Part shown: positions 41,565 through 51,792 of the stretch, piece after piece
How the letters are laid out: every line of letters starts with the position of its first letter
Position numbering within the stretch: the first letter of the stretch is position 1
From: Bugula neritina
Taxonomy: Eukaryota > Animalia > Bryozoa
NCBI GenBank assembly: GCA_964035545.1
Contig: OZ037768.1
Location: forward strand, 20,381,700-20,445,699
Direction: 5' to 3'
Length of the DNA: 64,000 nt
Position numbers and translations under genes: made by a program
The notes under the pieces: model-generated
Told to the model about the DNA's origin: nothing
Database searches by the model: none
What the model saw: the letters and a program-made list of their open reading frames with translations, nothing else

Positions 41565-42531
41565 GATAGTGATAGTTATAATTACAGTTGCACTTACTGG
41601 CTATTAGCATTATAATTATACTCATAGTTATAATGTAACTGTAAGTGTAATGTAAGTACTACTAGCATTAGTCATTTTCTCAATGCATTAGCTGATTAGG
41701 TATTCTGGGTAGTGTTTTCATTTCTTGTGTGGTGGAAAGGCTGATAAGACTATTTATTAGTATTACTTCTCGTTTATAGTGCTGCATCATTGTGTTCAAG
41801 TAAGGATTTGATATACTAGTCACTGTAAAGTTGCCGTTCCATTACTGATTTTAGATGTTTCATATTATTGCAGTTTTATCTAGCTAGTGCCAGTGTGCAA
41901 TGTGCTATATGCTGTCTATATTCTGTTTCATTTTCTGCAGTGATTTTAGAGTATAATCTGGAAACTGAATATGATTCAATTCTGATTGCCTTTGTTTATT
42001 TTCTGTTTTTAAATTTAAGTATTTCGCTGCCAACACTTTACTGTAACTAGTCTCAGTCTGCATTTTTAAACTTTTATCGATACCATCAGTAGTAATAAAC
42101 CTCTGGTGATTGCTCTTTATCTCTCGTTTAGTTTTTGATATTTACCCTTTCCTGGCATATAGCCAGGTAAAACCATGTAGTTTATAAGCTTTGACTGCAA
42201 GTAAATTTTAGCATATTTAAATTTATACAACCCGTCAAGTTTCAAATTCACATAGGAACTGTTTTTGGTTTTGCAAATATATGCATGTGTTATATGTGCG
42301 GATGTAACAAATCAAATTCAAAAGTTCAAAGTTTCCTTTCTAAAATATTTGCCTCTTGGAGATAAAATTTGTTGTACAAAGATAAGGTGATGGGCCTACA
42401 TCATAGTTACAAGAAGTATTTTGACCCTATTTGTTTGTTTATGAAAGCTCAATGCATAACAGTTGAGTGTTCTGCATTGTTGCTTGAATTTAAGTAACCT
42501 TTGCCTTAACTGCTGTACTACTATCTTGTAG

Positions 42532-42584
42532 GCAGTTGCAGATATCTTGAACATTGTGATAACAGAACCACTTAACCAACTCCA
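42532..42584 (+). other. Candidate non-coding 5'UTR exon of the elongase gene
   Basis: Bounded by ctatcttgtag| and |gtaagt; the next acceptor (atgtacag| 42928) precedes the ATG at 42938. Confidence 0.55.
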
Positions 42585-42937
42585 GTAAGTATGTTAAGGC
42601 ATTCCTTGAAATTATCTACTAGAAAAGAATTCATCGTGATTTGTAGGCAGTTTAGGAAAACCTCAATCTACTGTCAATCTTTTTTTGTCTATATATTTTT
42701 TACCAAATTGTTACGCATTCATTCAAACAGCTTTCTTGATCCCCCCCCCTCTTGAAAATAGTTACATCCACTTAGAGATAGTATGTAATGTAACCTTGAC
42801 CTTAGGTATCTGGTGTGTATCCCCTGCTAAGTATATTGATTATCTCGTACATTGCAATGCATGTGACCTTCACTTGATAATGTGACACAGTGATACCCCC
42901 TTGTACTCACCTATGTACATATGTACAGGTACAACCT

Positions 42938-44691
42938 ATGGATATTATATACAGAAAATATGACGACCTACTGCAGTTAGTCCTCTCTGAAGCGGACCCA
43001 AGGTCGAGGCACTGGCTGCTAGTTAATGACTCACCTATCTATGTATGGATATGCACTTTGTGCTACCTTGTCTTTGTCCTTTGGCTCGGGCCAAAGTTCA
43101 TGAGGCACAGGGAAGCATTTGTATTACGACCTTTTATGATAGTATATAATTCTTTTCTGGTGCTGCTCTCTCTATACATGGTTGTGGAGATTCTGTACAG
43201 CTTCTACCTGAATGACTACCATCCAATATGTCAGCCATTCAATAGCAAAACTGCTCACTTGAAACCAACGGAGCTGAGAATGGCAAAGGTGTGTTTATTT
43301 AATACCTAATTCTATAGCATAATGCTGGCAAAGAAACTGTTTTGTCCCCCCCCCCCCTTCTTTCAAAAAGCCCAAATATTAAGCCCTCTTTGCAGCGGAA
43401 ACACTTAGGGTGCCTGGTTTTCTGTCTAGACTCTAGAGTCTAGACATTGTTGGGTAAAACATTACTTGAAAGGAATTGTCTTCTTAAGAAACCCAAAATT
43501 ACCTGATGATTACTAAACATCTCTCTTTGTTAGCTTTCTTATGTATCAGTGAAATCAAAACAGGCATTTTGATGGACCCTGGTAATATGTTCTACGATAC
43601 TGAGAAAGAGCTGAAATATTTTCTTTCATAAACTGATTTTAGTTTTCAATACCACAGGATGTTTGCTGATGCGCGTATCTCTGGTGGGTTTAGAGCTAGA
43701 CGATGAAAAGTCTAGTGTTTTGCAATGCTTTCGAAAATTGAGGAATTGACTGTCAAATTGATGCAGTGTACCACAACTCCAATGTTTATTTTTGTAATAT
43801 ATGCACACATTTATATAAAAAAAATGATTTATAGAAGATGATTTACATTCGTATTAATATGTTATCTTCTGCCACCCAAATAGGACAAAGCCAGTGAAAT
43901 GTTACAAATTTTTTAGGTTATCTCTTTTGTACATTGTGCCATGTTTTTTTTTAATTTGTTAAAATTTCACTGCCATATAATTAGCCAAAGCTATTTTTCA
44001 TTTCTGAGCCATGTTACTTTGGGCAGATTTTTTATGTTGAGCTACGTATTTCATACCATGCTTTCTTTTCAGTCTTTATGGTATATTGTACAGTCTACTT
44101 GCCTACCCTTGAAAATTATAGTGTCTGTAATATATCATCTCACTTTGTGTATATATTTTCCAGGCACTTTGGTGGTATTTCTTCTCCAAAGTAATAGAGT
44201 TTACAGACACGGTGCTGATGGTCTTACGAAAGAAAGACTCGCAGATTACATTCTTACATGTCTTCCACCACGCCTCCATGCTAAACATATGGTGGTTCAC
44301 CATTATCCTCATTCCTGGAGGGCAGGGCTGGCTGGCGTCTAGTCTCAACTCCTTCGTACACGTGATTATGTACAGCTACTACCTCTTCAACCTGTTTCCT
44401 TCTCTGCGACCCTACCTCTGGTGGAAGAAGTACATCACCCAGTTGCAGCTCACCCAGTTTGTCATCATACTTGTGCACACCTGTAACACCTACATCTCCG
44501 GCTGTGATTTTCCTGTCTGGTCTGTCCTCATGCTCGCTGCCTATATGTTTATTATGATTTTCTTATTTGGTAATTTTTATATCAAATCTTACCTCAACAA
44601 ACCCAAGAAGTCACAGCTAAACGGCAATCACAGCAGCATGTCTAATGGCAAAGTTAATAGTCATAGCAAGTCTAATGGCAAAGTAGAATAA
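42938..44691 (+). CDS. ELOVL2/5: Fatty-acid elongase of the Elovl2/5 (PUFA elongase) clade, 2 coding exons, 292 aa
   Basis: Exons 42938-43288 and 44164-44691 (phase 0, AAG|gtgtgt...ttccag|GCA). ELO motifs DPR...W, GPKFM..R, WWYFFSKVIEFTDT (KxxExxDT), QITFLHVFHHASMLNIWW (HxxHH; HHASMxNIWW is characteristic of ELOVL2/5), NSFVHVIMYSYY, WWKKYITQLQLTQF, LFGNFY. Confidence 0.93.
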
Positions 44692-45182
44692 GTTTCCAAT
44701 TCTGATTTACTTGTATCATTTTTTATGGCTGAGACTTGTAGAATACTAACACTTGCATATACCTGTAAAGTATATGCGCATTGACTATTACTGTAGATTT
44801 ATTTTTGACTTTTTTCATCACTTGGCTAGAAATAATAGTCTTCTGCTAGTTGCTAACCAATGCTAATAAGCTGGGTGGGTACAGGTATGGCCCTGCCGCC
44901 ATACCTGTTCATAGTCTACAAACAAGTATTATAAAATAATATCTCTTTTTATAAGAATTTTCTATCCATTGATGTTCAAATTAAAGCTTTTAAACTACCC
45001 TAGTTTTTCTACTGCTGAATAGTATTTTGATAGTAGTCTTTCTTTATACTAATTAACTTTTTTACTGTTAGGATAATTTACCACATGTATTGTAAAGATT
45101 AGTGTACACACCCTTTGATCGGATATATTTCTACTCTCTTACTAACCGGTTCCTGGCTATTTTCTGTGTCCATAATAATTTA

Positions 45183-45228
45183 AATAAAGTGTCCTAATAA
45201 TATGTTTCCTGTTTTGTATTGAAATAAA
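45183..45228 (+). terminator. Candidate polyadenylation signals of the elongase gene
   Basis: AATAAA at 45183-45188 and 45223-45228, about 500 nt after the stop. Confidence 0.35.
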
Positions 45229-46489
45229 GGTTCAAAAACTTTGACTGAACAAGCACTCAAATTTCAAACTTTAGTGGTGCACATTCCAAGTAACCAGCAA
45301 CATCGATTATCGCTTAACATTACTTAATAATTATTTAAATCTCTGTTTCTAGATATTTACAAACCTCGTCTTACATAAGTATGAGCATCAATAGAATGTT
45401 ATAAAACCAAATCTATTGCAACTATATTTTTGTGCCACTACCATTCAACTCATCACTGTAATGTGCATGACACTAAATAAAGATATTTCATTGAACTTTA
45501 CATATAATACTATTACAATCACGTTGACAAGTGGCACGGAAAAAGTTTTTTGTGCCAGGAAAGAAATTTGTAGGTGATCCATTTGAAATAAACATCCTGA
45601 TCAATTTAGTCTATGAATTATAGTATTCAGCTCAATTTTCTTGCAAAGATCTTGAGCACTGTTTGATCTAACCAGTAATATATTTTGAAACAAAATTTCT
45701 TCAATATATTTCGAAAACTGCTGCAGTATAAGTTGAAACTGCAGCTTTTAGATGGAGCAGCCAATTTATCCTTAGAGAGCCCCTAACTGACCTAAATGAT
45801 AGACTTGGTGTTGTTGCTTATGCGGTGCGTGATTATATATATGTAATGTATGTATTGTTTGTCAAACCACTGTTCTGTTTACAATGAAATAGCAGTTTGC
45901 CTTTGTAGTGATTTGTAATATAAAATAAATGCAATTTAATTGTTGAAAATTTGAAATCCGAGAGAAAACAACTCTTCCAAACTTTTTTATTGCGAGTATT
46001 GGTTTTAGCATAAGGAATTATCTTTTCTATTGAGAAAATAAAATATTTGAACAATGATAATGTATTTAGAAAAAAATTATTATTAATTATATAGTTTACC
46101 AATAATATTGGGTAATAAACCACCACCCAAAATAAAAATTGATTTCAAATATTATTATTTCCTAAGCGCTAAGTAATAGCAGATCCGTATCGCAGTAAAA
46201 CCTAGGCGGATCGTGGTTGTATCGCTGCTAAGTAAAATAACTACTAATCTATGATAATCAATAAGACTAATCATAAATCAACGTAGTACTACTAGTACTA
46301 CTAGTACTGCTTTTATTAATTGTAAAAACCATTAATTACTGCTAGCTAAAATTTGCAATAAATTTTAAAATTTGCGCAAAAATACTTATTGATACATTTG
46401 CTGCTTATAAATATTAATATAGTTATATACTTATACTTTAGTACGGGAAAAGTCAGCAACAATTTGAATCACTTTCAATCAGTATCAAC

Positions 46490-49400
46490 ATGTCAGCCTC
46501 AGTCTCAGGTACAGACTCAGAATAAAAATGATTAACACTATCACTACCTGTCGAACTCGATGAAAATCATAATCATGTTATAACCTCTGTTGTTAATGTT
46601 ACTGTATTAGCAATAGCAGACAATCACAATGACAATGATTTCATTAATTATGGTTATTTGTGGCGCCGAAGCAAAACGTAGAATTACTCAATTAGATACT
46701 AAATGTAAAGCTTAATCTTACAGATATACTTATAATAATAGTAATACTAATTATATTTTATCATAGAAATATATTTACAATGAACTATGATCTACCAGTT
46801 TGACACGAGAACTATGAATTTCGATCTTGTTTATTTTTATGATTGATTTTAGATTTACTTTTATTTTTAAAACATGTTGATGTTGAATTTAAATTATATT
46901 AGATCCGGAATAAATAAAGCATTGTCTTGTTTACCATCACAGAACTAATTGAACTTTTTTTATAACTAAAGCTCTTTAAGTGTTTTGGTACACTAAGAAA
47001 GCTGCAGTTTGGATGGATTTATAACTATATTGACATTGTGATTGTAATTGTAGCCACAAAAGAAAAAAATGTTAGAAAAGCAAAAGAAAAGACTGTTAAG
47101 AAACATGGTATGTCATTTTATTCATGTTGAAATTTGAATTTATTAATTTTATATTATTTGCTGTTGATTCTGATAATATTTTATTTAACAGGTTGGGGTT
47201 ATTGTATTTGAAGGTTACTGAATTGAAATGCATCAAGTTTTATCTAGATCACCCAAAATACTGTAAATAATACATAAAGAGCTTAATAGTAAAAGTTGAA
47301 TATGTGATCTAGCTTTATTTAAGAATTTTTAATTTATCCATTTAATACTGATCTCAAACTGATTTTCTTTTTAATGACATTTTAAACTTGTCAATAGAAA
47401 CTCATTAGTACAAAGTTTTTATGCTTGTAAAAGTATATTTAATATAATTATAGGATTTATTTTGAACAGCATACTAAAATTTAGGTTAGTAATCCTGTGT
47501 GATTTGTGATATTGTTGAGATATCTGCAAATTAAATTGATTCAATAGACTATTGGTGCTTCATGAATTTTAGACATTACTTAAAAAAGTTATTTTTGCTC
47601 TATGTCCAAGGGCTAAATATTTATTTCAGTTAATTAGTTTTTTACAACCAATTTTATGTAAATGCTTATTTTTAAAGCATGATGTTTATGTTTTTGGATT
47701 TGATCTTTCAATTTTCTAGAATCTAGTAGATTGATATATGAAACCTGTTCTTGTATGACTGAAAACCAAAATTGCCTGTAAACTAAGGGCTATTAATATA
47801 TCAGATGTGTTTTTACCTTCGTATGTTTTACTTAGGCTAACTCTATTAATTTTTTTATAATTTTATAGATTGATTAAATTCTGGCATTAACTTTAAAAAC
47901 AGCATTTCTTTATGGATTCTAATTTTACATGCTTCAGCTGTCAGCAAAAGTGAACAAAACCTGCAGCTGCTTCTGAAGTCAGAGTTGGATGACACAAAGG
48001 AGAAAGAACTTGAAGATGCTATAGCAAAGTGCAAAAGTGATGGATTGAGTGCCAAGTCTAGTGAAATATTAGCAAAGGCTGAGCGAGAACTTAGCATTAT
48101 TAAAGCAAGAGAAAAGAAAGTAACTAATAAACTTTCTTAAATTTTTAATAATTTTAGGTATTTAAAAGCATTTTTTCATGAAATTGATCAAACTGAAAAA
48201 TCCTTGATTTTTCATTACAGCTTGGCTAGTTTATTTGATGAATTAGTTTCAATATGTGATGAAGTCACAACAGCAGGTTTATGAGTTTATATATGCTTGT
48301 ACTTACTATAATCAGTATATACCGTGTGGTCTGTAATGCAATGAACAGTAGGTATATGGATTATATATTATATTATATATATTATGTTGCAGTTCCTTAA
48401 ACAGCTACCATGGATGGGAGCTGGAGAGAATTCTCTTTCTGAGGGTTTCATGCTGGAGAGAATGGGTGAGCTCATTTGTTGTAGCAGTTAGCTTTTATAT
48501 TAACTATCCATGACAAACAGGAGAATGCAATTCTTAATTGTTTGGTTTGGAATTTTTTAATAATATATAATTACTCTTTTGCATAAATTATCTATTCCTA
48601 AGTGCTATGATGAAAACTTTTCAAATTATGAGCGTATTAAATAAGACAATTTTTGTATTTTGTAAGTTTTAATTGAAAAGTTATCTTTCTAACGCCATGT
48701 TTACATTTTCAATTTTTTTTTGTTGCATCTGTATGTTATGTTTCATATTTTTATTATTCTTACAGTGCTACATAGGTTATAATACTATTATAGTGCTACA
48801 TTGGTTATAATACTATTACAGCTCTGCGTGGGTTATAATACTATTACAGCGCTACATGGGTTATAATACTATTATAGCTCTGCGTGGGTGTATGTCCCAA
48901 AGTGCAGGTTCTCTTGAGAGTACAATAAACAAAGCCAAGAGTGTGAAGCATCGTGGGAAGCTAGACGCTGATATTGGTGATGCCCAGCGTAGATTGCAGG
49001 TACAGTCAGGCTACAGATCACCAGTCTAGGCTAAGTTTCTACACCAGCTTTTTGTTATAAAAAGTTAAAATTTGAAACTTTCTTGCATCCTATGTTTATT
49101 AGAGATTTCCAATAATAGTTTTATTGCTGATGATTAAATAACTAGTAACTCAGCATAGTACTTAAATATATGTAATTTGTGCTGATGAAGTTACCTAGTA
49201 GTCCTTGTAGTGTAATAGTTAGCACGGCAGCTTGCAAGAGGTCTACAGGTTTGAATCCCAGTGGCCACAAATGTTTTGCTAGCTATTTTGGCCTTTAGAG
49301 TAGTAGTAGTAGTAGTACTCCGAGGTAGTTGAGAGGCCAGGGGGCTTAAAAACTGAAGGAGTAGTAAGAGGGGGGAGGGGACAATTATTTTACGTATTTA

Positions 49401-49635
49401 AGTTACAAATTCAGCATCAGTCCAGATTCTGGGACTCACCAGCTTGGATTATAATTATTGTTAGCACTTACAACTGGGAGATCAGATGAAAGAACCTGTC
49501 CTCAATATGGATAAGAAAATGTGGGAAGAGATGACATCATTCTCTCAACCACCCGCAGACGTGGAAAGAGTGATGAAAGCAGTTTTGCTGTTGCTGGGCA
49601 ACACAGAGAAGGATGTGAGAGTATGTAGTAAAAGT

Positions 49636-49666
<31 letters not shown>

Positions 49667-49683
49667 ATTGTATCGTGAGATTT

Positions 49684-49714
<31 letters not shown>

Positions 49715-49843
49715 CAGCGGATAAAAAAGTGCTCAAATTATTATGTGTATAATAATGAGCAATTATATTATTGAGGAAAAGAGCAATTTAATTATATAGA
49801 TGTTGTTTTATTGCACTACTAATAGTTTCATGCCTCTTCGGCA

Positions 49844-49911
<68 letters not shown>

Positions 49912-51792
49912 TTATCTTATTAATATTAATAAATTGTATATATGTATATATATTTTTTCTGTATGAGTTGCATACATTTTATGATGAATAGTATTACAAC
50001 CTTCTAACCTTCCGTTTACTATTTTTATACAGATATCCAACACAATTATTTAAAATTACACAATATTGATGCTGGTATTTGTTTATATTGTGAAATTGTA
50101 AACATCTCATGACATATGCTGCGTGTCAAAACATCTTGGCAAAGGAATTTGCTGCAAACATGTGATTGATTCGTTTTAGTTAAACTTACCCATTTTACAC
50201 CGATCAAAATATTTTTTAGAATTGGAGTTTAATAAAAAAGCATTTTGAAAAAGCTAATCAAACGGCTTTAAAAGAAAAGATAAGAAACTTCCAAGTGACT
50301 CATCTAACAACTGCCATGAAGGAAAGCGTGTCGGAAGTTCTGGAGCCAATAGGTGATAAGCAGGCGGGGTCTCTCATTCCTGGAGCAGCTACCTTCTTTG
50401 ACTGGGTAAGCTTCGTTCTTAAGGTTCTATATAGCTTTTATTTCATCAGCATTCAAAGCAGTTACATTCAGTTATTGACTTCAAAAATGGCTTCTTCTAG
50501 CAGTTACCTGTAGTTTATAAAAACCAAATCATGGAACATGGCTTTAAATTGAAAAAAGTAAAACGTCTTCTTGCACTTTACGTACTCACAATGAGAGTAA
50601 TCAGATGCTGACCTAATATTCAGATGTTGACCTAGTAGTCAAATGCTGACCTAGTATTCAGATGCTGACCTAGTAGTCAAATGCTGACCTGGTATTCAGA
50701 TGCTGACCTAGCAGTCAGATGTTGACCTAGAAGTCAGATGCTGACCTAGCAGTCAGATGCTGACCTAGTATTCAGATGCTGACCTAGCAGTCAGATGTTG
50801 ACCTAGAAGTCAGATGCTGACCTAGCAGTCAGATGCTGACCTAGTATTCAGATGTTGACCTAGCAGTCAGATGCTGACCTAGTATTCAGATGTTGACCTA
50901 GCAGTCAGATGCTGACCTAGCAGTCAGATGTTGACCTAATAGTCAGTGAAGTAGTGAACCTCCACTCTCCAAGCATTCAAGTGTTTACTCGGTGGAAAAA
51001 TACATTGTATAAAATATTATGCAATAGCTAACATTGGTATTAAGTTTATACTCTTGCATGTTATGAGGATGCTGAGGCTATAATTATACCCTGATAGTGA
51101 TGCTTGCTGTGAAGATCAAACTGAAACTTAAAGGAAGTTCGGCCCACATGTAGTTCATCTTATGCAGGCTTAGAATGTTGTTCAAACGGTGTCCTGTATT
51201 TTAATCCTATGGATATTCTAGTTAGTGGTATCCTCTCTCTGCTTTTCCTAGATATTCACCTCAGCAACTGCTGTTAGTAGGACTTACATTGGCAGCGTTA
51301 TGTTTCTCTATTTTACATAGGCCTAAATTGTACCTGCCCATGATAAAATGGTTTTAGCGTCTTCTTATTAGGAGTTATCTTCTCAAAAAGTTTGAAATCG
51401 CCAAAATATTATTATATATTGGAGTTTCTTAAACCATTCACACCATTTCGTTGTGGTTGCAGTTTGCATTAACTTATGGTTCATTCCATGCAACTGTTCC
51501 CAAACCTCGAATGAAAAATTCATTTGCATAATGCAAGCAATGGAAATACAGTGCTAGGTTGCTTAAACCCATCACTCTCAGCTCAAAGTGGCCTGTAACT
51601 TGTTCAAAGCTTTTAGATTGACTCCAAACAACTTAGGCCCGTAATATGTGTCCTCTCTAACACAATTATTGTATGTTTAGTTAGTATTAGCTGCTATTGA
51701 AGAAGAATTAAGTACTGCGATGTTTGATTGATGTTTTTTAAAATCTTCTGTTTTAGTGTGTCTCTATGCTAGAGCATGCTGAAGCGTATTAA
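46490..51792 (+). CDS. Uncharacterised 275-aa protein: basic N-terminus, helical/coiled region and C-terminal dynein heavy-chain microtubule-binding-domain-like module
   Basis: Exons 46490-46508, 47054-47107, 47938-48119, 48393-48465, 48878-48999, 49465-49620, 50220-50405, 51757-51792. All GT-AG and phase-compatible (828 nt), with start context aacATG, stop TAA and AATAAA at 51997. C-terminus VLNMDKKMWEEMTSFSQPPADVERVMKAVLLLLG...NWSLIKK...KIRNF...GAATFFDWCVSM follows the dynein stalk-head pattern. The first two exons are less certain than the last six. Confidence 0.82.
48761..48888. repeat. 28-bp tandem repeat x4.6 ending in a real splice acceptor
   Basis: Units taYag...ggttataatactat at 48761, 48789, 48817, 48845 and 48873. 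The last YAG (48875-48877) is the only frame-preserving acceptor. Confidence 0.92.
49201..49318 (+). mobile_element. Degenerate tRNA-derived SINE head with (AGT)n tail
   Basis: A-box-like tagtgtaatagttagca and B-box-like ggtttgaatccc at tRNA-like spacing, but no intact cloverleaf. Followed by gtagtagtagtagtagta. No TSD recognised. Confidence 0.55.
49847..49907. repeat. (TA)n microsatellite (plus poly-A run at about 49688-49713)
   Basis: Direct reading; intronic. Confidence 0.95.
50602..50946. repeat. 19-bp minisatellite (cagatgYtgacctagYaKt) x~18
   Basis: Direct reading; head-to-tail with no unique spacers, in the last intron of the MTBD-like gene. Confidence 0.97.

Noticed and set aside
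47855-48097. Minus-strand 80-aa ORF
   Set aside because: Antisense shadow of a plus-strand coding exon (47938-48119). The same applies to 44103..44348, 44281..44478, 61734..61931 and 63677..63889.
49201-49270. Possible tRNA gene
   Set aside because: A/B-box remnants are present but acceptor and anticodon stems do not pair, and a simple-repeat tail follows. Treated as SINE-derived.
50602-50946. Regular 19-bp repeats that might suggest a CRISPR array
   Set aside because: Units are head-to-tail with no unique spacers, there are no cas genes, and the context is a eukaryotic intron. It is a minisatellite.
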